Assembly: GCF_000143415.4 (NCBI RefSeq)
Contig: NW_003314279.1
Location: 1,416,457 to 1,480,456, forward strand
Origin: Selaginella moellendorffii
Taxonomy: Eukaryota > Plantae > Lycopodiophyta
Length of the DNA stretch: 64,000 nt
Reading direction: 5' to 3'
Shown here: positions 1 through 11,435 of the stretch, piece by piece
How the letters are laid out: the number at the start of each line of letters is the position of its first letter
Position numbering within the stretch: position 1 is the stretch's first letter
The notes under the pieces: generated by a model
Database searches by the model: none
Told to the model about the DNA's origin: nothing
The model's input: only the letters and a program-made list of their open reading frames with translations
Made by a program: the position numbers and the translations under genes

Positions 1-2014
1 ATCATTTTGGTGGAGCTGTTGGGGATATTTCAGCCTACAACACATTAGGGAGCTAGTTCCTTAAAATATGCTATATCAAAGTAGAGAGAAAAGAATGAAA
101 TATGCTCAAAGCTTGGAGAATAAAGGATTTATTGTGATAAAATACTTTGGATACCATGAGATAAACAAAAGATTCACACCATTCAACCTTTTCAACACAC
201 AACTAACCACTTTGAAGTGGGAAAATCAATAGAAAGTTCACATTCTCAAGAGAATACATAAACTCCTTAATAATAACGATAAAACAAAAGCTCTCAGTAG
301 TACTCACAACTAGGGATATGCACTCAATATGAAACTCTGGCCAAAGTGAATACCCTTAGAATAAAAGAATACTCAATATTAAAATTGATCAAAGACTTTG
401 TTAAAGAAATAAAAGAAAAATTCTCATCTTCCCACATATACTTAATATCTAAATTAGTATGGGGAGAACAGAAAACACTCAAATTAACACCACATTAAAA
501 ATAAAAATCATAAGAGATACAAATGATTAATATGCCATGAGAAGAAAACAATAATGAGGAAGAAACACTAAGAAAATGAGAAGGTGGTTCAAGTGGAAAA
601 ATAGAAAAATATTAAGAAAAAATAGAAGGTAAAGAGAAAGGATTATATAGCAAATTCAAGGATTGACATCTACTCTATGAAATTTTCACTTCATCTCTAA
701 AACTATCTCCATAATAATTAAGTTTGTTATCACAATTTGAAATCCACTTGAGTTTGTACACATCATCTTCCCATAAATTTAATCCTCACACATTCTTCAA
801 AACTAGATTGCATCATCTATAACTTGCCAATCAATGTCACAATCACACTTCATATCAACAGGAGATCACCAAAAACATGACAAACTGTGTAATCACATCT
901 CACAAAAGCTAAAAACGGCAATATATCAAGGATGGGTGTAACACCAATATAATCATACCTTACAACATCAAAAGCTCAATCTAACAAAGCAACATTAGCA
1001 GCCTCAAGTGACATACTCCTTGATCGATGACAATGTGGTATGGCAAAAAAAAAAGAATGCAATAAAGATAAAAAGGAAGAGCAAATCTAAGCATAGAAAT
1101 AACTAAAATTCTAAATCTTGTAAAGAGCTAATATAAATCTAAATCTAAAAGATAATGAAGAATTAAAAATAAAAAATACAATCCCAAAAACTATAGTAAA
1201 ATATTATTAAAAAGCCTTGCCCTACAAGAATAAATTGCAGTGCCTTTCACCTCCACCAATGTGATTGCTCAAGATATAAGAATAAGTATATTAATTAGGG
1301 TTTAAACCATTGTTTATATACAAGAATGGATGGACCAAATTCAAGTGCAAATTCAAGATATGCTATAGTATTATATTTAGCATATTACCTAATACATATA
1401 TATTTATAGACCTTAGAAAAGTAAAAATTTAATAATAGTCTAATAATTTAGAAACTGAATAAATATATATTGCAAACCATAGTTACTTTTCATTAAGTTG
1501 CTCTTTTGAATAACATTACTATTAAATAAATTAAAAAATGGATTTTCTTATTCAAAATAATTAATATAAATGTTTTGTATAAAATGTAAACACCATCATC
1601 ACATTTTAAAAATCAGCAGGTTCCATTTAGATTGGCAAAATAATCATATATGGAACCAACATACTGGAAATATTGATTTACCTTTTAGAAAGCATATTCT
1701 TTGGACTTTTGATGGGACGATCTTGAAGATTGCGCTGGCAGCTTGAGGGGATCGTTGCTTGGATTAGATGCTTCCCAGGTGACACCAAATTTAGGGCTTC
1801 TGACTTCTTGTGTGACACTCTAGCAGCTTGACGCTGATTTTCATCCGATTTCTGTGGTAAGCAAGCATTAGCTCTTTTTCTTTTTGTCTTTGCTGCTTGG
1901 TGATGGTACTGGAATGAAATGCGTGATCTATTCAAGAAAGAGAGAAAAATGGCAAAAAGGATGAAATACAATGCACGAGAGAATGAAAAAAGAGAGAAAA
2001 AATGGTGAATGCTG

Positions 2015-2825
2015 TGGGTGCAATGTAGAGCTGCCGCTGCCAATGCAAGAACACTTTCTGCTATCCAGGCCATCACGCCAGGCAGAGTCTAGAGGAATCT
2101 GCTTGCAAGTCCATGGACTTCCTCAAAGACCAGGGAGCCCCGACGCAAAGCTTGGGATTGCCTATGAAACTTGAGTTGAACATGGGGACGTCCAGTGCTT
2201 GTGGAAGCACTCAAGAAAAGTTGTTATATGAGACGTTGAAGAGCAGGAAATCTTTGAGCCTCATTCTGGTCAGCACCGGAGGAATGTTGTCACTGAGCTT
2301 GTTCCTGGACGAGTTGAGTGACACCATCTTTACAATAGAAGGTAGTATGGAACCGGACAGGTGATGGACCCGTCAAGGATGGCAAGGCTGCTCAAGTTGC
2401 TCCGAATTCCACCTTCCAGATAGTTTGATCCCAACAGCAACTTTGAGCACAGACTGTCCAGTATGGTACCTGAGAGCTTATTTCTGCGCCGTGAACTCAT
2501 TCAGTACTTGCAGCTTGTCAATGTCCGTGGGGATCGTTCCAGTCAACTTGTTGTTGTGGATTCTCAACGTCTGGAGATTAGTGAGCTGTGACGGCACCAA
2601 GCCTTTGAAATCGTTGTCGTAAATCTCCAAGATGGTCATACGAGGCAATCCCAAAGACAGCTTGTTGTGGTCGAACGGACTTGCAGTCCTAGTAGACCAG
2701 GATTCCTCCAGAGAGGCTGTTGTTGAGGAGATGAGCTTCTGGAGTCGGCCCCCAGTGCACGAGCCGCTTGGAACCGCTTCAGTGAGAAGATTTGTGGAGA
2801 CGTCGAATATCTCAGTTCAATTAAG
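2015..2825 (-). pseudogene. LRR receptor-like kinase fragment (LRR-XI, HAESA/BAM-like): last LRRs, capping motif and start of TM segment
   Basis: Minus-strand translation gives FDVSTNLLTEAVPSGSCTGGRLQKLI..NNSLSGGI, HLSGSILP, NKLSDNIPP, LFNVSYNNFS*VLPQAL..SSFIGNPKLC and then MMAWIAESVLALAAAA. It has an in-frame stop and frameshifts, and no kinase domain follows. Confidence 0.8.
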
Positions 2826-2907
2826 CCACCCTTTTGTGCCTACCAACCCTTAAATTTTCTTATAGAAAAATGTATATTCATGAAGAGGGTTAGGGTTTTC
2901 ACAACAG

Positions 2908-3453
2908 ATGAGGACCTGTTTGTTCGAGTATTCCCTGCTTGCGCAACAGTGCTCGCCTATGATCGAGGAGGCCTTTGATTATCTGGAGCATGACGAGCCT
3001 CCGCCAATGGACGACGAGCTTCCTCCAAACCCATCATCACCTCCAAAGAGGCAACGCAAGGAACAAGAGCCCCGGGCCGCCAAGGCACGAGAGGAGCCTT
3101 GGGTTGTGGCGCCTCCAGTGGCCACACAGGATGATCCGGATGAAGATCGGAAGCTCCAGGCAGCGATCGCTCCGGCTGTGAGGAAGAAGAGGGGGCGGCC
3201 CCCTGGGAAAGATAACCATGCAGTGTTCCAGCCCGCCCACGAAGGCCTTCCCACCAGCGATGATCTTGAGCTAGCAAAATCGATCAAACCGCCCTGCAAG
3301 ACTTGTGGCGAGCCCTCCAGTTTCAACGACTTTAACAACAAGAAGATCACGCAGCCGCGATACAAGTGTAAGAACAAGGTCTGCTGTAAGCGTGACTCCA
3401 AGTTCCTGTTAAAGGACGAGAAGATCTTGAGGGAGCTTGGTTTGATCATCTAG
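2908..3453 (+). CDS. Small nuclear protein with AT-hook and degenerate Dof-like zinc finger
   Basis: GC-rich 181-aa ORF next to AT-rich DNA. It carries an NLS-like PPKRQRK, an AT-hook KKRGRPPGK and CKTC-x20-C-x4-CC containing FNN....QPRYxC, as in Dof domains. Confidence 0.6.
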   Translation: MRTCLFEYSLLAQQCSPMIEEAFDYLEHDEPPPMDDELPPNPSSPPKRQRKEQEPRAAKAREEPWVVAPPVATQDDPDEDRKLQAAIAPAVRKKRGRPPGKDNHAVFQPAHEGLPTSDDLELAKSIKPPCKTCGEPSSFNDFNNKKITQPRYKCKNKVCCKRDSKFLLKDEKILRELGLII

Positions 3454-4551
3454 AGTAATTATTAAATATGATAGTTTTCATGGACCTTTATTTTCCATCT
3501 GGTAAACTTCAACCTTTAAAAAATTAATAGATGATTATTAGCCCCAAGTCATTGGTGCCATGTAAACCCTAAACCCTAAGGTAAATTAACTAAGAAAGTT
3601 TATGCATGAATGTATGATAAAACCACATGCAATTTCCTCCATTGTTTTGTACCTCAAAAACTCTGAATTGGCACAATTTTTCATTCCCAAACTGTTTTCA
3701 TCTTTCTATAATGTGGAGGGAGGATACTAGGGATGAGATAGTCTCTTACCTCATGTCCAACACTCATACCAGAACTTCAAACAATAGTACTTGATATATA
3801 ATCCCAACAGTTGTGAAGAATTGTTCGGATCCAATAGAAAGTTGTTATTGTGTTTTTGAAAGTTTTTTCAGTGTTCCCCTTTCGAGCAGACTCATTCCCA
3901 ATAGTGTTTACATCGGACAACCTTCTATTAGACTCAAGCACCACATGTGATCCGTCACTACACCCATTTCTTCATGCACCTTCTCTTCCTTGACCTCGGA
4001 TCAACTATGACTATAACACCAATATTTATGTTGAGGCACTGAATCTGCTATAAAAGTCTATTGCACAATTTCAGCAAGCTCATTCACCATGAGTGTGATG
4101 GAAATGTTAGCTCCAATTCAGCTCTGCTATGTGCCTTTGTTGTTGTAATCCATAAACACATCTTGTTCTGATTAGCAAAGAAACGGTGGTGTGTGCCTTT
4201 TAAATGACTAGAGAAATTTGAGGTTGAAAGGTAGTGGCTAGTTTTAAATCTTGTGTTGCCGTTGATGACAAACAATCCTCAATTCTGAAATTTCATATAT
4301 CTTGCATTTTGAACACTATTAACAATAACAACTCTAAGTTACAACTTCTTACTGTCTAAATGCCACACTTGAATTGTACAAATTATTTGTCCACTACAAA
4401 ATACCAACATAAGATTAGTATTGATGAAATCCATAAATTTATGAAAATTTTACTTTAACTTATGAACACCAGACCATTTGTGTTTCTGCATTTAAACATG
4501 AAACATTTCAATAGTAACTATTTTAATGAAAAATAAACTTGAAATATTAAT

Positions 4552-5636
4552 ATGCATTAACACTTGGTTTACTAATAGTAGTGTTATTTTTATTTATTAA
4601 TCCAATTGATCAAATGGAAGTTTATAATTATAAAAATTAACTAATAGATGAGAATATACTAGGTAGTGTTTAGGAAATTTTATAAATTATAAACATGTTT
4701 ATAAATAATAAATAAAATATTAATATAAATAAATAACAACAGTTAGATGGAAGAATATCCTAAAATATCCAAAAACAATTTAAGTATATTCACTACCATC
4801 CCATTCCCCTCAGGTTTGATTAAGTAACCAAAACATTATTTATAATATAAAAGTTATAAATGAATACAAATTACTTTATATATTGCCAATAGTAACTTTT
4901 CTTTAAGTTACTCTTCAAGAAGCAATAAAATATGACATATTTTAATTCATGGTTGTGATTATTCTAAAAGTGGACTATATTTAATCATTAAATCAATGTA
5001 GATCATTTAACTACAATGCCTTGAAAGAAATTAAACTTTTTAATGAAATGACAGAAATTTTGGAAGGTAAGGAAAATTATATATTATAAACTAAAATTTA
5101 TATTAGGTATTTGGAACAAAAATATTATTATTTACCAAATGCATATATGGTACATAGTTTTAATTATTTTATAGTAAGTATTAATATTAATATTTTATTT
5201 TGTTTCAGTGTTAAATTATAGTCACCATTGAGCTAATGATATTAAAGTATATTCTTTTAGTGTAATGAATATTTCTAGAATATCCAAGTATATTCTAGGA
5301 TAGTTTTCAATCTAATGGTTGTGACTTTCTCATATTAATTTTTGGTTTGCTTAAGCAAATCTGTGGTAGTGGATATACCTAGAATATGCTTGAATATTCT
5401 AGAATATTCTACCATCTAACGGTTGTTATTCATTTAGATTAATCTTGTATTTATAATTTATAAACTTTCCTAAACACTTTTTAGTATATTCTAGTTTATT
5501 CTACCATCTAATAGTTGATATTCAATAAAATTAATCTTATGTTTATAAATTATAAACAATTTTAAAATTCCATTTGATCAATGAGATTAATAAATAGGAA
5601 TAACACTACTATTAAGCAAACCAAGTGTTGTTGCAT
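4552..5636. mobile_element. Non-autonomous foldback/MITE-like element with ~280-bp imperfect terminal inverted arms
   Basis: 4558-4835 (aacacttggtttactaatagtagtgttatt...ttgatcaaatggaa...gttagatggaagaatat...aagtaaccaaaa) is the reverse complement of 5340-5630 (ttttggtttgcttaag...ttccatttgatcaa...aataacactactattaagcaaaccaagtgtt). No coding capacity. Related arm fragments at ~15280-15370, ~46230-46360 and ~49545-49655. Confidence 0.7.
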
Positions 5637-6394
5637 GGAATGCACAGCAAATTATTTTTATAAGTTCTATAATTCTTTTGTAATAAGAGTTAACTAGAAC
5701 TAATATACCTTTTTTATAGTTATTGTTTAAAGAGAAAAAAAAAGTCCATTATTTTACTTGCAGAACTTCATCATTTTCATCAAACATCTATGCTTATTAT
5801 ACCAATAATAAGCAAATTTATCCCAAAAGGATCATTTCTATAGCACCACTTACTCAAAATATCTCTGACTTGATATTTTCTTACTTAGAGAAGCTTTGGG
5901 AATAATAATACACTGTCTCCCAAAGAGCTTACCTAAAGTCTGAAGAGCACAATAAGTACTTCCTTTTTATTCTCTTACATGACATAATAAAATAACACAA
6001 TCTACACATAGAAACACTTTTTTTTTGCAACCTGTTGTTTAATATTTTTCTTTGCAACTAATTTTAATCATTATTCACATGTCGCTATTCCCTTCTGTTG
6101 GTGTCATGGTATCTTGGAGAGGGATAAACTTTTATCAATTAGTACAAATTCTATATTGGATTGAGTTTCTCCTACACAGTGAGATTTAAGCTGAAAAGGT
6201 CCAATGTCAACTTAGTTTTAAAAGTCAACTTATATCCAAGCAAAAACACAAAGCTGCTTAATGCTGCAAATTATTATTATCAATAGTTTATGATATCCCG
6301 TTTCTAATTTTGCGATTATGAAGAAAGTCAACCAAGCTCTATGTAATGTGCTTGAAAAGATTGAACTTGTCAGTCAGGATCGTGGGTACACACA

Positions 6395-8785
6395 ATGAAT
6401 CCCCCCTTTCCAGACGCCCAGCCCTGGATCACCCGAATTGTGATCCTCTTCATCCTGATCCAGGCTTTCCTAGCCGCTGGGAAGCTCCTCATGCACGCAC
6501 AGGACGACGATTTTCCTCTCACCAATGCCGCCAGCAACAAGCTCCACGCCAGGTTCTTATCTCTCATTACTGCCATCCCTCCCAAGCTCACTTACGATGG
6601 AGCCACGGATCCATACTTCCGGGGCCAGGCCATTGTTGACACCTTGTTCCTCCTGGAATCCAATTTCTCGCTGGTTCTCAACCTCTACTTTTACAACGTC
6701 GAGTACTGCGGCCCAAACTTTAGCCCCGACTTTGGTGGCACTGGCAGCAAGCTTCGTGCTGGATTCACGGCTCTCCTGCCGGATCTCCGAGGTCTCATGA
6801 ACTTGAGCTATGGAGCGGCCTATGTCGCCCAAGGACAGTTCCAAGCCGGATACTACATCAAGGGCATGAACTTGAGAGGAACTAATGGATCGTGCTCGTC
6901 TCTCCGGGTGGAAAATTCCACGGATCATATTGGCTACTGCTACGACTACGAAGACACGCGACTGAGTTACAGTGTTTTCGACAGGCTCTACCCGGGTTGC
7001 CGGATTCAATCTGCTACAAAGGCCGAGTACGTGCTGGAGATGCGAGAGGACTGCAACGCTGTGTTTAGCGACACCACTACCAACGAGGTTTTGTGGCAGT
7101 CGAAAACGAAGGGAAGCGGAAGGGACTGCGAGCTTGTTCTTGAAAAGACGGCGACGCTAGCTGTGTATGATCGAAACGGGACTGTCTTGGCGAGGTTTGG
7201 GACGAACAACTCCACGAATGCGTCCTTGTTTGCGGTCCAGGGAGATAGAAACATGGTGATCTATGCCATCAGCAACATGAAGACTCCAAAGGCGGTGTGG
7301 AGCTCACACACTTTCAAAGGCGAGCTTTTGGAAGTTACGATGTGAATCTCTTACATGCTTCTTCTTTCTCACTAGATCCAACTTCTCCGAATGGATCGAC
7401 GCCGCAGCCAAATGGTACCAGCTCTGTTTCGCAGCCTTCGTTTAGCTCCAAGTCGAGGCGAGGGATTCGAACGATTGCAGTCTCCTTAGGAGCATCTCTC
7501 GTTGGAGTGGCACTGGTGATTTTGTGTGTTGTGCTGATTTTGCGAAAGAAAAGAAATCGTAAAGCTAGCAGGGAAGCGTTGAGCTGGCTACCACCCGGTT
7601 CCAAGGCCAGGAAATACTCGTACGAAGAGCTCCAAGAGGCTACCAAAGGATTTCACAAGGACAACTTAGTAGGCAGAGGCGGATTTGCGAGTGTGTACAA
7701 GGTAGGTCTTTGTTTCTTTCTTTCGAGAAGTTCCTCGACTTTTGATCACACACAGGGAGTTATAGACAATCACTTCGTTGCCGTCAAATACTTGACTAGC
7801 TCCGACTTATCAGACAAGGCAAGGCGGGATTTCGAGAACGAGGTGTCTACGATTTGCCTCCTCCAGCACAAGAATGTTGTCAAGCTTTTTGGTTTCTGCT
7901 CTGAGAAAGAGCACAAGCTCATCGTCTGCGAGTTCATCGAGAATGGAAACCTATCGGAGGCTTTGTTTAGTAAGTTTCGCTAGATCCATGAAAGAGTTAT
8001 CATGCTTTCTGTCTCGGCAGGCTCTCCAGACAAAGGTTTGGAGCTAAATTGGACAGCCAGATACAACATCTGTGTGGGAGTTGCACAAGGTCTGGCATAC
8101 TTGCACGGAGAAACATCACAGGCAACCATCGTGCACAGAGACATCAAGGCCCTTAACATCCTTCTAGCAAGCAATCTCGAGGCAAAGATCTCGGACTTCG
8201 GCCTGGCAAGACTGATCCAGGAAGATCGGAGCTATATCAGCACACGAGCAGCAGGAACAGTGTAAGTTTTTTGATGTCCAAAATCTTCAACTTCCATGGA
8301 GATCGTTTCCAGTGGCTATCTAGCTCCAGAGTACGCTCTCTCCGGCCAGCTCACCGAGAAGGCCGATGTCTACTCGTTTGGGATCCTTGTCCTGGAGATC
8401 TTGAGTGGAAGGATAAACATGGATTTCACACTTTTGGATGGCGATTACTTCCTTCTCGAACGGGTGAGTGGTTTTAAACTCTATATCTTCGTCTAAGATC
8501 CTTCTTCCAAACTAGGCGTGGAATGTCTTCCAGAGCGGCCACCTCCGGGAGATGATTGACAAGCGACTGGATGTGGGCGAAGAGAGAGATATTCATGAGA
8601 TGGAGCGCGTGTTCTTGGTGGCTCTCCACTGCACGCAAGCCGGCGGCAGCAAGCGCCCGTCGATGTTTAGAGTGGTGGGAATGCTCATGGGAGACATGGA
8701 AATCGGTGGCACCATCTCCAGGCCTGGCTTCCTCGTTGATCTGAGGCAAAACCTCGAGCAGTCCAAGTCTTTGACCAAAACTTGA
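6395..8785 (+). CDS. Receptor-like Ser/Thr kinase: signal peptide, uncharacterised ~150-aa domain, bulb-type (B) lectin, TM, RD kinase. Exons 6395-7319, 7376-7701, 7756-7969, 8021-8261, 8313-8463, 8516-8785
   Basis: Lectin motifs ([30 protein letters not shown]), TM ending LRKKR, and kinase motifs [45 protein letters not shown]. The spliced frame stays open across all introns. Confidence 0.93.
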
Positions 8786-9145
8786 CCACGTTTGCGTTAT
8801 TTAACTGAAGTGGTACTTTTGACTGTGTTCAAATGATCAAAGAAGTCTACTGTGGCAGTGTCGCATGATCGCTGGGAACCAATGCAAAGCCAGGATTTCT
8901 ATTTGATTGGGAAGAAAATGAGCACTAGAAGAAAAAGAGCTCATATACAAATGTCACTTGGAAGTTTGGATGGATTCATCCTATATGCCAATCGCCTCTT
9001 GCACCATGATTTCTGGCAGGATTTCTATGCAATATGTGCATATGCCAGGTGATATTCCCTTCAAGTCTGTGTAAGACCATGCCTCTTGCAAGTGGGATTC
9101 ATTTACCCAATTCAAGATGCTCAATAGCTTTCACCACTTGATCGA

Positions 9146-10964
9146 TCATGCAACACAGTTGGAATCGCTAGATCCATCTAGAATCGTGGGACTCAAGCTT
9201 TTCACTAGTGGTTGTACTACTTGCACCTCCTGTTTTACTTCCACGGAAGAAGGTGATGAAGCTTCCACCTGCAAAAACCGTGTTCTTAGATTCCAAAACA
9301 AGAAGAAACAAGATTGATACGTACTTGGGGTGGCGGACTTGACCCAGAAGATTGCGGCTGGGATTCTGGCCCTGGCTCGGCATTGTCCTCCCTGGTTGCT
9401 TTCGGAGCTACTTGGAGTGGCTTGTAAGGAGCTTCGGCTGCTAGAGACGGTGGGAAGAACGCAGGGGCTCCATCCTGACCAGTGTAGCCTCGGAAGGGAT
9501 GCATTCCTGGAGTTGCGTACTGAGCAAACGGCCTCTCCACGGTGGAGCTAGGAGGAGAAAAGTATGGGAAGTAACCAGCGGCTGGCGGCCTGTTTGCAAA
9601 CATTGCGTAAGGATGAATGCCGTAAGGCGGCGGAAGAGGCAAACCGGGAGGAAGGAAAGGAATTGGCGGTGGTGGAATTTGCGAGCCTTGCGTTGGTGGT
9701 GCTTGAGGCTGCTGCTGCTGCTGCTGCTGTTGTGGCTGAGAGGATGGAGGAGCTGCTGGTGATGGAGACGAAGAGACGAGAGGAGGAGGACCAGCAGCAG
9801 CGGGTGCTGCTGGGACTGGGAGAGGATATGGAAATGCGGACGCACCGAGCATGAGAGAGGGATCCACCGGCCACGACAGCGCGAGCCGGAGTCTCTGTTG
9901 GAGTTGCGAGTTGAGTTGGTCCGTCTCGGACTTGAGAAAAGCTTTCTCTTCTCTTAGCTCGCTCTTCTCCTGTGACAGCTGAAATAGAAACAAGCCGGTC
10001 CGTCGACAAGTTGAACCAGGAAAAGAGAAAAACTTACGTCGCGGGATTCATCCAAAAGTGCTGCATGCTCTTTCTTTAGCCGCTTCACCACGGCTCGTAG
10101 CTCGTTTAGTTCCTGAACACTATCGCTCAAAATTGTTGCTTTGTCATTTTTAGGCCTGTCTGGATCTGGAGCAACCAAGGAAGAGACGAAATAAGATGGT
10201 GAAAGACGAGAGTCGAGATACGGCACCTAATGCACTGGCGAGCTCGGTAAATTGCTCGTTGAGCTTGTCCCTTCGCAACTTCTCCCTGTCCGCCTTGTGG
10301 ACTCTCCTCACGGATGCAAGGTCACCCGCATCGTTTGCAGCGGATCCACACCTTAGCCTGGAAAGATTGAAAACTAGTATCAGATGCGAGAAGAGGAACG
10401 AGGAAGAACAAAAAACTACAGCCACAAAGAAAAGGAAAACGTTTGCAAGAATTTAGCAAACGTGGATCAACCAAAGGAAGGCATGGTGCATGGAAGAGAA
10501 CCACAAACCAAAGGAAAACGTTTGCAAGAATTCAGCGTGGATCAATCAAACAAAGGCATCGCGAATGGAAGAAAACCACAAAAACAAAAGACAACGTTCG
10601 CGCATTCGTCAAGAAAGAAAAAAAAAGAAAAAAGGAACGAAGAATTCGCATCACTCCAGGATCAAGCAAACGACGAAATCTCCAGGAAATGTTAAGAGCG
10701 ATAGAGTTACCCCGGCTGGTCGGCTTGTGGTTGGAATTGCTGTGGCGGAAACTCTTGGAGGCCAGCGGGAGGAGAATCATCGAAACCAGCAACCATAGCT
10801 TGATGGAACGCCTGATCGATGAAAGCATCCTGGCCCAGCGGAGGCAAATCCGGCGCGTAGAGATGCTGCTGCTGCTGCTGCTGCTGCTGTGGCTGATTTT
10901 GCTGCCCGCCTTCTTCCTCGTCGGACAGCAGCGTCCAAGTCGCGTTCTCTCCGGGAATCTCCAT
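9146..10964 (-). CDS. bHLH transcription factor, subgroup IVb (bHLH121/URI/bHLH11-like). Exons 10964-10711, 10357-10227, 10165-10038, 9978-9325, 9268-9146
   Basis: RRVHKADREKLRRDKLNEQFTELASALDPDRPKNDKATIL...LLDESRDLSQEKSELREEKAFLKSE is the IVb bHLH-zipper signature. GT-AG introns keep the frame. Q- and P-rich tracts are present. Confidence 0.9.
10425..10600. repeat. ~78-bp tandem duplication (about 2.3 copies) in bHLH intron 1
   Basis: aaaggaaaacgtttgcaagaatt..gtggatcaa..aaggcat..atggaaga.aaccacaaa occurs at ~10431 and ~10510, with a partial third copy. Confidence 0.7.
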
Positions 10965-11435
10965 CACTCTAATCACTTGACTGTGACACACCGCCGCCCA
11001 TCCATTCTCCTCGTCCTAAAAGCAACAACCAAAACTAATGCGTCTCGTTGCCCAGCAAGCTTCCAATCAATCAGTCAATTGCTATGGCCGATCCATGCTC
11101 GTCCACGAGCCGCCGCGAGCGAATTCTCCATGCCGCCACGGATTGATACCTCGTTCCGGTCGATCGATCCATGCCCGCCCCGCAACGCCGACGCCACAGC
11201 CAATGGGGAGCCCAAAACCCTATAATTGTTTTACTTGCATTGCTTGTCCATGACATTTACTCTCTCTCTTCCTCTTTTTGAGAGCATTGACCTTCGAGCA
11301 AATCTGCGTGCGTAGTACTACAGTGCTTCTTTCGAGAGAATGTTGCTTCCCTTCTTCGAGATTGACAAACGCTCATCAAGTTCTTGACAAGTTCTTGAGC
11401 AGAACAAGACAAAGAATGATTTCCACTGAAATATC

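Noticed and set aside
1678-2076. 132-aa ORF as an independent gene
   Set aside because: Its start is the TM segment of the LRR-RLK remnant running into unrelated sequence.
10443-11225. 260-aa plus-strand ORF with poly-Leu
   Set aside because: Antisense to bHLH exon 1 (poly-Gln) and its intron, so the apparent TM segment is an artefact.
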